Source of the DNA: Camelus dromedarius
Lineage: Eukaryota
Reading direction: 5' to 3'
Length of the DNA: 64,000 nucleotides
Assembly (NCBI RefSeq): GCF_036321535.1
Contig: NC_087436.1
Location: 14,880,001 to 14,944,000, forward strand
Shown: one piece after another, positions 25,561 through 37,400 of the stretch
Layout of the letters: every line of letters begins with the position of its first letter
Position numbering within the stretch: the stretch's first letter is position 1
Notes under the pieces: model-generated
Databases searched by the model: none
Seen by the model: the letters and a program-made list of their open reading frames with translations, nothing else
Told to the model about the DNA's origin: nothing
Program-made: the position numbers and the translations under genes

Positions 25561-26479
25561 CCTCGTTTGAGGATGGGGAAAGGGCCTCCTGTCTGGGATC
25601 CAGGAGATGGACTCCGGAGGAGCCCAGTGCTGAGATCTCTGTGGGTGTTTGTAATATGACTTCCCTCTGAAGTCAGAAACCCTGCTGTGTGTGCTCTCTG
25701 GCGGAGCGGAGCAGCAGGTTGGTTGTGCGTCCGGAAGCATCCTCCATCCAAAACCAGGCCCTCCTCCAACAGGGCCCAGCCTGGCTTACCCAGAGGGCCG
25801 AGCGTGAACTTGGCAGCTTCCAGATTGTTCCTGAGCCTGCTTCTAGGGACCAGCCTGGGGTGACAAGGAAACATTGTTTTCCGGGACCCCGGTAGAGGTG
25901 CACGAAGAATAAGCAAAAAGGTGTGTCAGTTTCCAGAGGCCCGTTTCTGTTCCTCAGAAGAAAACATAGTCTTTCTTTCTGAAGACAGACTTGAGGTTCA
26001 TTGATTTTTCCTCAGGAGAGGCTGCCAAAGAGAAAACTCCTCAGAGGTGATGCGATGGTGCCCTAGGGAGGCCTGATCATCCTGGCTTGGGAGGGCAGGA
26101 ACTCGCCCGCCTGCCATGGGAATCTCTCCCTGGACCAGCCCAGCCCCACCGCCCCAGATGGCCCTCCCCGACCCCCGGGTCGGCCCAGCCTCCAAGATGC
26201 TGCTAGATCTGCCTGTGTGTGGTTTAAAAACACAGCCTGGTTTTGACCAGCTCCGACCAGGAGAAGCTTCCAAAGTCCAAATTTGGGGCACGTGGATAAC
26301 TTGCTTGTTCCCAGGGGAGGCTGGAGAATCTCCATCACCGCTCTGGGAATGAGGCCACTTCCACGGGCCCACGCTGCAGCTCTTTAGGGACAGTGGCTGC
26401 CTTGCCGCAGCCAGTGCCTCTTTCAATCTGGAGGAATTCTCCCACGTGTGTATCTCAGAGGGTCTCAAGGTACCGCCTC

Positions 26480-26852
26480 CCTCTATGAAAGCCAGTGCTG
26501 GGGTGGGGGGAAGCGGAGCTGAGCCGATGACTCAGGCTCAGTCAGTCACAGGAGACTGAATCTTGCAGGAGAGGCAGAAAGAAACGGATGCAGTTTATAA
26601 ATTATTGGCAGTTACTGAAAGCCTAGAGGTGGCAGCATCGAGTGTCCAGGGGAGTGACACCTAATCTCAGTGTCCCAGCCTCTTCCCATCATGACCTTGG
26701 CTCTGGTTCCCATTTCCCGGCCACCCGTGCTCTCTGTAGGTTTCATGGGCCTGCCTCGGCCCTCTAGCCTTCCTGTCTCCTAGTGAATTGGCTTTTCACC
26801 TGAGTTAGTCAGACTGAATTTCTGTTGCTTGAAATCAAAAACCTTGGCACAA
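26480..26852 (+). mobile_element. old ERVL-type LTR (LTR33/LTR16-like)
   Basis: 3' end gagttagtcagactgaatttctgttgcttgaaatcaaaaacctt. Confidence 0.45.
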
Positions 26853-26939
26853 ATTGAAACAGCTAAGAGATAGTCAGAACCCCAGAAATGGACTCCACTG
26901 GACCTGAGAGGGAAACACTCCTCCTGCCAGGAACTCAGA

Positions 26940-27225
26940 ATGTTACCCTTTTAGTAGGAGAGAATAAACAAGTAAACAAATGTTTATCCATAAACATACA
27001 CCTATGTATGTATATCAGACAGAGAGAAGAGAAAAATAAAGTACCACGAGAAGCAGAAGGTTGAATGGGCTCTGTTTCAGATGGTGTGGTCAGGGAAGGC
27101 TGCTTGTAGGAGGCAGTGCCCAGCAGAGGTCTGAATGCAGTGAGAGAGCTGCCGTGTGGGATGCCCAGGAGAAAAGCCTTCTAGTCAAGGGAACTCCAAG
27201 TACAAAGAGCCTGAGGCCAAAAGAA
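26940..27225 (-). mobile_element. L2 fragment
   Basis: ggtgtggtcagggaaggct...agcagaggtctgaatg...agggaactccaagtacaaagagcctgagg. Confidence 0.7.
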
Positions 27226-27232
27226 AATGTGT

Positions 27233-27333
27233 CATAGCTTCCTGAGAGCTGGGATTCTGTCTGTTTTAGTCACTGCTGCGCCCACTGTTCAGGAACATTT
27301 GGAGGCTCATAAATATTTGTTAGTGAATGAGAG
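27233..27333 (+). mobile_element. L2 3' end
   Basis: agcttcctgagagctgggattctgtctgtttt...ctcataaatatttgttagtgaatga. Confidence 0.75.
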
Positions 27334-28504
27334 AAGGAGCGAGTGTTTGACTGGCAGTCGGTCTGATCGCAGCCCTTCCCAGTGTGCCTCCCGCGGGGAG
27401 TGGGAGCAGGCAGATCAGAAGAGACAGTCAGGACTGACTTTAGGACGAGGTCACCTGGCTGGGACGGGTAAGTTGCTTTAGTCAACTCTGGATGTCGGAG
27501 GATTAAATGACTTATTGTCTGTAAGGTCCTTAGCACTACGGCCACAGAGTGCGCTCGTTGGCTATTATTAATTTTACCACTCTTCCCAATTGATAATAAA
27601 CTATAAACCTATATGTCTGTGCCCCCTTGGAATTGACCTAATGTTTCTTTGTACTGAATTTATAAGTGACCCCATCAAATATTCATGTTATTTATCTGTT
27701 AAGGAATACAGGCAGCGTCGTTCACAATACTATCGGCATATTGTTTACCTAGAACATCAAACCCCTTCCTGTGATGCTTGAAGGGGAGGGTGGCGTGTAG
27801 TCCCTCAGGCACTTGTTAATTCCCTTAAAAGAAGGAAACCAGAACCCAACACAGAGCTTCTACAGTGAGGGACCTGCCTGCTTCCCCATGTCCTTTCTTT
27901 TTGCCCCGTTCATTAAATTAGGGACGCAGATTGGGGCTGTAATTCTGGGAGAGGAGCTTCATAGGTTCACAGCCCCAGCTCTGGGTTCACCCTCCTCCCC
28001 CCAGCCTCCTTCTCTTGCCCTCAGGTCCTAATGGCCCTGGCATCTCATTTGCAACCATGTCCTGCCTGTGACCTTCTCTTGGCCGGGTGGAACTATTCCC
28101 CAAAGAGATAACCCCACACAGAGCCTTCGATCACCATCCACTGTTGTTTACCATACATCTGGCCAGAGGAAAATGAGGTCAAACGAAACAAAACTCCAAC
28201 GCAGCGGCCATCACCTCACTTCCCTTTGTTAGATGCCCCGTTGACCCTCAAGTGAACTGACTCAGATGCTTCCTCCTATCTTGACAACAGGTCAGTTTTC
28301 ATTGCTCAAGAGGTGTGACCTTTCACAGTCGTGGTCTCCAGGGCAGGCGCGGTGGGGCTGCTTCTCCCTCCCAGGGTCTCCTCCAACCCAGGCAGCTCTT
28401 ACCACGTCTCCAGGCTAAGGCAGTGCTTTTAGACACCGCATCATAGATTAATTAGCAGGTTCTCCCCAAATTAGGACTCTATATGCATTGCATGTGGGCA
28501 CTTA

Positions 28505-29420
28505 AATTGGTGTAATAGCCTTAGGGAGGGCTATTTGGCAATATATATCAAAAGCCTTAAAAATGTAGATTTCCCCAGACTCAGTAATTCCCCCCCTGGG
28601 AGTTTATCCTGAGAAAATAATCAGAGACGCAGCCAAAAAAAGTGTATGTATAAGGATGTTTACTGCAGTGCTAGTTATAACGGTAAAAAATAAAGTCAGA
28701 GAGAATCCATAGGGACTGTGTTAAATAATTTATGGTACTTTCTTACAGAGGAATACCAGGCAGCTGTTTTTAAAAGTGTACTTAGAGCAGATATGATGAT
28801 GTGAATCATGGATGTTTTCCTTTCACCCTCCAGATCACTCTGCATCACTCAGGTTTCCTGCCCTTGACCTCCCTCTGGGTTTGTCCTGGTCGGGGGCAGT
28901 GGGGGTGGAGACACAGCAGGAGGAGTGAGCAGGCAGGTTTTTGACTCCTGGTCTGCTTCTCTACTTAAGACGGTGTTGGGCACATCTCCCCTCCGTCTCC
29001 CACTCTCTCCTCTCTGGTTCTGTGCCCCCCACTCCAACCCTGCAGGCTGAGCAGGGGACCTCTTCCAGGTGCTCTGTCTGGATCAGCACCCCTCCTGGTC
29101 CCTTCCCTCATCCTCAGGAGGTTAGAGGGAAACCTGTTTCCTGGAGTACCCTAAATGATGCAGTGCAGAAACGAAAAATGCTCCCAGTGTGAGGTTAAGT
29201 GGCTGAATCTGACCAGAAAGTGGTACAATCCCAACTCTGTACATAAAGAAATATGTTCAGAAAAGAGAAACGTGTTCCTAGGGAGGAAGAAAGGACTGGA
29301 AAGATATATACCAAATGATTAAGCATCCTTGCCTCTGGGTTGTGAGACTGTAGGTGATTTTTCTGGTCTTACTTATACAGTTCTGGATTTTGCACATTCT
29401 TGAAAGTAAAAAAAAAAATA
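28505..29420 (+). mobile_element. L1ME fragments (28505-28800, 29190-29420) separated by a probable LTR-like insert
   Basis: ggctatttggcaatatatatcaaaagcctt...ggatgtttactgcagtg and ggactggaaagatatataccaaatg. Confidence 0.6.
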
Positions 29421-30427
29421 AAATTAACCTGCATTTTCCAACAAAACTGAAATAAAGTAGAAGAATTAACTACTCGCTAACAGTGTCATGGCAGATTCGT
29501 CAGCCACAAGTATCCATCTCCACAAGTAGAGAGGAGAGCTTAAGCAAATGCATGATACTGTAATTGAAAAGGAAATAGAAATATCTCAGGATGAACTGTA
29601 ACGAGGGCTTGACTGTTCTCCATCCCACCTTGTCTGAGGCTGAGATTCCGCCCTATGCCTTGGTCCTGGTTAAAATAAGTCCTAGTTGGGGTTGGAAGCT
29701 TTCCTAGCTGCTCTTGGTCTGGCTCTGGCCTTGGGCCTGCCTCTAGTTCTGCTTGGGGTTGGCAGGGGGAGGGGGAGCCAGCTGACAGATGAGGCTACAG
29801 CAAGTTGATACTTTGGCACCTTCCAAAGTGTGTCCTTAACTTTTGTCCTACATTCAATTACTGGGGATAAAGAAATTCTGATGATTTATTAGTAAAATTC
29901 AGATGCCTCTCAGCTCAAAGTAAGGGATGTATTACAAACACGAAACACAACATTACATTTTGGCTTATTTGAGATGGTTTTTCTTTCTCCATTTCTCCAG
30001 CACGTCTAACTAAAGGGAGTTTAGATGCTTGTCCACTTAAGATAGAAGTAAGACATACAGGGATATGGTAACAAAGATGTTCAACATTTTCAAGAGGCAG
30101 TTTTTTGCTTTTCTTTGGAGGGGAGTATTGGTAGACTGGGAATTTCATATGGGCAATACTTTTCAGTAATGCTTGGCTTTGTTCAGATTTCTTTTGTAGT
30201 TTCTAAATCAGATGATCTCTTTAGAAACCTACTATGGGGTCTACATCTTTAAGAGGGTAAAATGAATTGCTTGTACATAACAAATGCCCCTTATGCAGGA
30301 CTGACTTTCACAGTTTCAGCTGGCAGAGGCTGCATCTTGTGGAAGCAGTCAGCTGGCTGGTCTCAGCGAGAGGTCCAGACTCAACAAGCATCAGGCAACT
30401 TGCTCAAGCTCGTTACAAAAAATAAGA

Positions 30428-30650
30428 AATAGCTAATCCTCATATAGTGACTGCTGTGTGCCAGGCTGGGTTCTAGGTGTGTCACGTGTGCTCACTTAAT
30501 CCTCAAAACTGGTACTACTGCAATCCCCATTTTATAGATGAGGAAAGAGGAACCCGGAGAGGTGAAGTAACTTGCCTAAAGTCACATGTGAGTAAGTAGC
30601 CGAATCAGGATTTGAACCCAGGCAGGCTGTCTCCAGACTCCAGGCTCTAA
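30428..30650 (-). mobile_element. MIR SINE, near full length
   Basis: ccccattttatagatgaggaa...gtgaagtaacttgcctaaagtcaca...ggatttgaacccaggc. Confidence 0.9.
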
Positions 30651-31616
30651 AGGCACCAAACCTTTCTGCACCTTTCAAGAGTGTATTTGAGGTTTCACTC
30701 AGGATAAGCTACACTTTGACGGGAGCTTGCATTTTGCCAATTATATCAGGAGTCATGCGTGGAGTTCTCAGCTAACTGGCTCCACGTTTCTGATGGATTC
30801 CCATGATCTTTCAGTGCCCTTCGGAGATTGGTAACTGGGACAGCTGCCCAGCTCCAAAATCTGGCCCCAAAGCCAGCTCCTCTGGCCATCCAAGTGTCCC
30901 TGATCATGGCCTGTCAGAGAGGAAACATCAGACGCCATCTCTCAGTCTCAGAGCCCAGAAAAGCTGCATCCCGTGGTCCCACTAGCTTTAGTGCCTGAAC
31001 ACACTCTGCCTCCCGATTGGCTGCAAGAGAAAATAGTGTCTGAATCTTTTGGGCATCCTTTGTGAGGCCTGGTTGCCTCCCGATCAGGAAGAGGTTACTC
31101 CAGCAACCCAAGTGCTGCATACTCCCTCCCAACTCCAGAGGTGAAGGTGTTCACTAATTACCTTCATCTGCAAAGACCATGTTTCTCTGAGCACCGTGCC
31201 CTCAGCAGGACTTTTCAGAAACCTGCCACAGGTTAAAAAGCAGCCCTGCTTTTAATTTATTAAAAGACTTGGCATTTTTTCCCCCCACTGAGCATTTTAA
31301 AATGCAATTAGGCAAAATGGAATAATAATCAGGCAAAAATACTACAGAGTTTTCACATAGGTGGCCGTCTTTCTCGTGTTCCTCTCCATTGCTGAGCCTT
31401 TCTGCTGGGACAATGTGCCTCATGTTGCTGGCTCCTCCCCCACCCCCCTGGTCCTGCAGACCCGGCTCTCGGGGATCAGCCGCTGGACCCTCACACAACC
31501 CCTGCTAGATAGCAGGGCCTCATCACCCCTACAATGGGTACGGGTGATGATCTGTCTCCTCGTTTGGGATGTATTTTTCTTATCAAATTCTCAAGATCAG
31601 GCTGAGCATGTGCGTA

Positions 31617-31872
31617 TTTATTTTTATTTATTTTTATTTTTTAATTTTTAAAAATAAAAAAAATTATTGAAGTAGTAGTTGATGGACAATGTTAGTTTCA
31701 GGTGTACAGCAAAGTGACTCCGTTATATGGGTACATACATATGTATTTTCTTTTCAGATTCTTTTCCATTATATGTTATTATAAGAAACTGAATATAGTT
31801 CCCTGTGCTATACAGTAGGTCCTTGTTATTTATTATTTTATATATAGTAATGTGTGCGTGCTAATCGCCAAA
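31617..31872 (-). mobile_element. L1 3' end (antisense)
   Basis: T-rich tail then ttagtttcaggtgtacagcaaagtga...ttccctgtgctatacagtaggtcctt, reverse-complementary to the L1 3'UTR at ~1990-2130. Confidence 0.9.
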
Positions 31873-31909
31873 AAGTTCCTTAGGTATCAGTGTGCACAGC
31901 CAAGGTTGA

Positions 31910-32040
31910 GAGCTGCTATAAACCCCAGGAAGCAGACACACACCTGCCTTTCCCCTGAGTGCATCCCTGGCACCCACGCTGTGTCTGGAACATGGAAGTT
32001 TCTGATGGGCACGAACTGACGAATGAATGCATAAATGAAA
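31910..32040 (+). mobile_element. L2 3' end
   Basis: ctataaaccccaggaagcagacac...gaatgaatgcataaatgaa. Confidence 0.55.
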
Positions 32041-32371
32041 TTTCACGAGACACCTTACAGGTTTTTATGAAAAGAACAAGGAGCAATCCCACCTCACTCA
32101 GCAATGACAGCGGAGCAAGGAAACGGAAAGTGAGGGGATGTCAGGAACTCGCACCATCAAGCACATACAGTGCGCAGGGATTTCGTGATGTAATAACACA
32201 CTCGGCTCGAGGAGAAACCTCATACCTGTCAAGTAGTCACTATTGGCTCCTTCTCACGGGCATAACCGGTATAGAGGGACACGTGGCTGACTTCGCTGGA
32301 AAGGGCAGAATGCCTATGGCGCTGACATCTTTGTGGGAAATCTAAGAGGGGAAGGTATGAGGAGTCTGGAC

Positions 32372-32580
32372 TGCGTCACACCTCCCCAGACCCGACCCTG
32401 GGCCGCGTCAGGAGCCCGTCACATGCGCTTAGAGTCGTCCCTGCGCACAGCTGAGCGCGCTTGTCTTACTAAATGCGCGACCGCCCCTCTGGGCCGGGAG
32501 GTCCTTGGATAGAGGGTCTGTCTCCACGGCGCTGGCCGCTGTGTCCCCGAGGTCCGGCCTAAGAGGTGCTTTACAAGTGC
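32372..32580. promoter_or_regulatory. small CpG-dense patch, candidate regulatory element
   Basis: About 19 CpG in ~190 bp; CGTCA half-sites and TGCGC motifs. Confidence 0.4.
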
Positions 32581-33043
32581 TGGTGGGATCCATCCAGCCC
32601 ACAGGCAATGTAGATTTCAGTAATTAAAACTGTTTTCCCGGCACTGGGATTTGTCAGCAGGAGAACAAGGAGTCCAAAGAGCTCTGTGAGTTGACTTCCT
32701 GGTTTTTTATTTCCGAGGAGGGAGTGTCTGAACTCTCTCTTGCAGTGACTGTCATTCTTTCATTGCTTGACAGACGTTCGCTGACCATCCCACGTGTGCC
32801 AGGCAGAGTGCAGGGTGCAGAGTCTACTGAGAGGCTGCCCCACTTCATGCCCAGGAACAAACAAAGCCCAGGCAAGTGTGATCATGCCCAGAAGGCAGAT
32901 GCAGGTCTCACCAGAAAGATCACAGACTTAAAAATAATCCATAATCATGCAAACCTTTGAGTCCACAGCACAGTTCAAAACTGTCTCCTAAGGTGACCTT
33001 GAGGTCCCACAGAGTCATCTTCAGATGGTTGCCCAGAAGCCCC

Positions 33044-33599
33044 TGTTAGGTAGTTAGATAAATGGGGGCACCAGGCAAATAAGGTGGAGGAGAAGGAGGA
33101 TGGTCCAGGAGATGGAGGTATGCCTGCCTTCAGCATAAAGGAGCTTTACTTCCTCTAAATGAGTGCCAGCAAGAAACTGGTTAGAACCTGACAGCCACAA
33201 CTGTGCTGTAGCAACAAGGACCTAACCGGACATGATCCAGTGCTCATTGTAATATAATTAGCACTCGGTTTAGCCCCCAACTCCATGGGTTTTTCTGTGT
33301 GCATCATGGGTAAGGACATGTGCAAAAGGGGATGAGCATGACTGAGCACTCCAGGGGCAAGAGCTGTCAATCAATCAAGAGACCACCTCTAAGTGAGGAT
33401 ATAAGAGAAGGGGCAAACAAAGACCACTGCTCTCTGCCCTTGGATCAGCCCACTTCTTGTTCTTGGAGCTGTGTTTTCCCTTTGCTAATAAAACTTTTAA
33501 AATCTTTTGCTACACAACTCTTCTGTCTCCTGTCTGAATTCTTATCTTTCAGGCAAGACAAGAACTGGAGTCTTTTCCCTTCCCCTCTTTGGGATAACA
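33044..33599 (+). mobile_element. intact-looking solo ERV LTR (556 bp)
   Basis: TGTTA...TAACA termini, 5-bp TSD gcccc/gcctc, TATA-like tataag at 33400-33405, AATAAA at 33487-33492. Confidence 0.85.
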
Positions 33600-33917
33600 G
33601 CCTCCTTCTTTCTGACCTGGTCCTCTTTTTTCTTTCCTGGCCCTCTGCTTACCCCCAGGCCAGAGCCCTATGGAGGCTGTTCTTGCTGGCCTGGCTGTTG
33701 GCTCCTCATGAGGGTAGGGCCTTAACCTTCCCCGCAGTCAGAGGCAGGGACCATCCCTCAGCCGGGGAGCATCCAGGAGACACACCAACTTGCCTCCTTG
33801 CTGACACTTCCTCTCACCTCCTTCACCTTGACTCAGTGATGTGCTGAATGAAGGGCCACCCTCCTCCCCTAGGGATGAGGGGAATAGACACGGAGGATGA
33901 ACAAGGGGGGACCGGGG

Positions 33918-34057
33918 TAGGGCTGCCAGGAAAACACAGGGATATTTTATCCCAAATATTTGGCATGTACTTACACTAAAAAAACCCATCTGTCATTCAT
34001 CTGAAACTCAAATTGGACTGAGCATCCTGAATTCTTATTTGCTAAATCGGGCAACCG
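33918..34057 (+). mobile_element. MER53-like hAT MITE (internally deleted)
   Basis: tagggctgccagg...catctgaaactcaaattggactgagcatcctg...tttgctaaatcgggcaacc. Confidence 0.7.
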
Positions 34058-34332
34058 GACCAGGAAGGCCATGGCCATTTAGAAAGCAGCCTCCTTACTT
34101 CCTGCCACCACCGATCACCCTGATTCAGCTGGAAGGTGCTCTTCAAAAGAGGAAACGCCCCTTGAAAAAGTAATTATTTGGGACCTCCGTTTGTTGAGTA
34201 AACGTTACCCAGGCAAAGCCATGATGGAAGGAAGGGCTCGGCCTCCCTCTTGTCGATCCATTAGCATGGCTGATTGTTTATGATGAGACAGGACCACTTT
34301 TTCTTCCCCCAGTGGACTAGGGTTTTCCCAAG

Positions 34333-34788
34333 GGTATTAGTTTGCTAGGGCTGCCATAGCAATTACCACAAACTGGAAGTCTTGACAGAAAGGTATTTTC
34401 TCACAGGTCTGGAGCCTAGAAGTCTGAGATCACGATGTTGCCGGGGTTGATTCCTTCTGCAGTCTGTGAGGGGGAATCTGTCCCACGCCATCCCCTAGCT
34501 TCTGGTGTTTGCTGGGAATCTCTGGCAGTCTTAGCTGTGGAAGCATCACCGCCACCTCTGCCTTCATCCTCACGTGGCATTCTCCGTCTGTGTGTCTCTG
34601 TGTACAAATTTCCCCTTTGCATGAGGACACCAGTCATACTGGATTAGGGTCTATGCTAAAGACCTCATTTTAACTTGATCACCTCTGTGAAAACCCTCTG
34701 TCCAAACAAGCTCACATTCTGAAGTACCAAGAGTTAGGACTCCAACATCGCTTTTGGGGAAAAGGGGACCTCAGTCACCACGTAACAC
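34333..34788 (-). mobile_element. MLT1C-like MaLR LTR
   Basis: gtattagtttgctagggctgccata...gaggacaccagtcatactggattaggg...ttaggactccaacat. Confidence 0.9.
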
Positions 34789-35845
34789 ATAGCCTTCACG
34801 TTGTGCATATCTGCATTTGCTGGGAGTCAGTGGTTTGTCTCCTGGCCGGCTTTGGGTTGATAATGATTTAAGGCCTCGGAGTAACCGAAGATAAACTGCT
34901 TGTCACCGCCCACTCTGTGTTCCGGGAGATTGCATTGCCGTGGGAGGCGGCCCCAGCCTTGCCCTGCGAAGGGCTCTTCCATTATGCTAAGAGCGGGTGA
35001 TGATAGCCGCCATTAATATCCAGCCCTTTGGCCTCCCATTCCCTCAGCCCGAAGCACGTCCCTCTGAGCCTCCGGAGGTAACCTCAGGACTCTTTTCCCT
35101 GAGAGACCTCTGCAAGGATTTGCCTGCCGCAGGGGAGCGGGTCGGTGATGATTTGCTTACAGTGTGTTGGAGGAGAGGAATGTGGGAGGGAGAAAGGGGG
35201 CCTTTCTTCCAGATCTTCCGCCTCCCCTTTCCAATCCAATATCAGAGTTAAGTCTCTGCCCGCTTCGCCCCCTCCATGCAGATGCTGGGAGAGCAAGAGA
35301 AAATCCCTTGTCAGCTGGTGCCTGCAATTCTCACTTATTTCTTATGAAATGATACGGTTTTCTCCAAGGAGCCATCTAGCCTGCTCACCTGGGTGCTGTC
35401 CATCACTGGGGAAATGAAGGAGGACCCACTCTGATGCCTTGGGCTGGCTATTTTTTTTAATGGCTCTCAGTGTCTGTATCACCAGGGAGATTTTTTTTTT
35501 TGAAGCCTCTCCAGGAAATTTCATTCTAAGAACAGCCTGCTAATTTGAGCTCCTTCAGGACTAACTGGTATGATGAAGCTGGCATGATATCCAAAAAACA
35601 GTGGCACCAGGGCAGCGGAAAGTCCTGTCTCCGTCCGCCCGGGCCGCTGTGACATAGTAGCGCAGGCCGGGGGCCTTGAACAACAGAGGTTTATTTTCTC
35701 ACTGTTCTGGAGGCCAGCAGTTTAAGATCAAGGTGCTGGCAGGGTTGGTTTCTTCTGAAGCCTCTCTCCTTGGCTGTGGGTGGCTGCCTCCTCATTCCGT
35801 CCTCACAGTCTTCCCTCCTGTTTGTGACTCTGTCCCAATCTCCTC

Positions 35846-36554
35846 TATCGACTGAAAAAAAAAAAAAAAAAAAGCACAACCTAAAAACTGAGACTTCTGC
35901 TTTACTTGGCAGATGTGCTGAGGACTTAAGTCCAGGAGGCAGCCTCTCAGATGGCTCGGAGGGACTGCTCCAAAGAGGCAGGGGAGGAGCCAGGACACAT
36001 GGGAGTTTTTGCAACAAAGACCAGGTAGTTGGAACATGAAAAGATTACTGTCATTCTAAGTGAAATAAGCCAGAATAGAAAAAGAAAAATACCACATGAT
36101 ATCACTTACATATGGAATCTAAAAAAGAAAAGACACAAATGAACTTATTTACAAAACAGAAACAGACTCACAGACAAACTCATGGTGACCAGGGAGGGGA
36201 AGATGGGTGGGAAAGGATAAATTGGGAGTCTGAGATTTGCAGATACTGACTGGTGTATATAAAATGGATAAATAACAGGTTTGTACTGTGAGGCACGGGC
36301 AACTACATTCACTGTCTTGTGGCGGCCTGTAATGACAAGGAATTTAGTACTTTTCTGTGTAGGGGAAGATGCAAAAGTCTGGACTCACTGAAATCATTTC
36401 TTTGAACCGCACTTAGCTGGCTAGGGCCAGTCTCCTGCTTTCTTCCATCCCGAGTCCCCTCGGGGTACACAGTCGGGGTGGCTGCAGTGGCTGATGGCTT
36501 GATGGCTGCCACATCCTTGTTTACTGGTACGGCAGGTGACATTCTTTGTCCACA
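35846..36554 (-). mobile_element. MER41-like ERV1 solo LTR (cetartiodactyl type), with internal L1 patch
   Basis: gcagcctctcagatggctcggagggactgctccaaagagg...aaggaatttagtacttttctgtgtaggggaagatgcaa...tttgtccaca; exact 4-bp TSD cctc at 35842-35845 and 36555-36558. Confidence 0.85.
36051..36336 (+). mobile_element. internal L1 3'-region fragment without poly(A)
   Basis: tcattctaagtgaaataagccagaa...catgatatcacttacatatggaatct, same family as the L1 at 7357-7951. Confidence 0.9.
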
Positions 36555-36794
36555 CCTCCTCTTATAAAAACACCAGCCATGTCGGTGTTTAGAGCCTCCC
36601 ACGCGACCTCATTTTACCTGCAGTATATCTGTAAAGACCGTGTCTCCAAATACAGATTCCGAGATGACAGGGGTTAGGACTTCAGCATAGAGACTTGGGA
36701 GGACACGACTCAGCCTACAACAGAGCTGCGTATGAGACTCAGGGCAGACTTGGATGTGACTCTGCCTCTGGGTGAGTGACTTGGGGGACTGCAT

Positions 36795-37200
36795 CCATCG
36801 GAGGTTTTTGGTTGTCAGCCACAGAAGCAACTCAGGCTCGCTTGAGCAACACAGAAATTGAATGAGATGCTTTTGAGAGCACAGTGACCTGATGGGAAAA
36901 GGCTGGAGAGCCAGGCAGTCACCCTGGCACCGTGGAGGGTGAGAGGCAGGGCCCAGGGACTGTGCTGGGGTGGGAACACCCCCATCAGGGTGAGGCAGCC
37001 AAGGCGGGCTGAGTCCCGCAGAACAGCTCCCCTGCCAGGTGCACTGCTGCGCCGGGGCAGGAGGAGGAGGAAACCAGATCTTTGGCCTCAGGGATGGGAG
37101 TCGGGGACCAGGGCTCACACGCCAAGTTGGAGGGAGTGAGTCCACAAGAGAAAATCAGCAGCTGTCAAGAGAGGGAATGGATGCTGGGAGGTCAAAACAA
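36795..37200 (-). mobile_element. ancient LTR78/MLT1M-like LTR
   Basis: ggtttttggttgtcagccacagaagcaactcaggct start; boundary uncertain. Confidence 0.4.
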
Positions 37201-37269
37201 TACAAACTTCTATCCCATCACTTCCTTGCTTGAAAAAAAAGGGGCTGCATTAGAACATCTATATGCTCC

Positions 37270-37400
37270 TTTTTTATTCCCCGGGGGTGGGAGGGGGTAA
37301 TTAGGTTTGTTTATTTACTTTTAATGGAGGTGCTGGGGATTGAACCCAGGCCCTCATGCACGCTAGGCACACACTCTACCACTGAGCTATACCCTCCCCC
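37270..37400 (-). mobile_element. camelid vic-1-like SINE, long form
   Basis: gtaattaggtttgtttatttac...ggaggtgctggggattgaacccagg...ctctaccactgagctataccctcccc (antisense A and B boxes). Confidence 0.9.

Larger units (their letters stand above)
35622..36722 (-). mobile_element. MLT1A/B-like MaLR LTR split by a MER41-like LTR
   Basis: 35622-35845 (aacaacagaggtttattttctcactgttctggaggc) and 36555-36722 (cttataaaaacaccagccat...ggttaggacttcagcata). Confidence 0.85.

Noticed and set aside
33320..33847. 175-aa ORF with hydrophobic stretches
   Set aside because: Begins inside a solo LTR and runs into flank; hydrophobicity reflects T/C-rich DNA.
36609..37145. 178-aa minus-strand ORF
   Set aside because: Spans LTR remnants; no recognisable homology.
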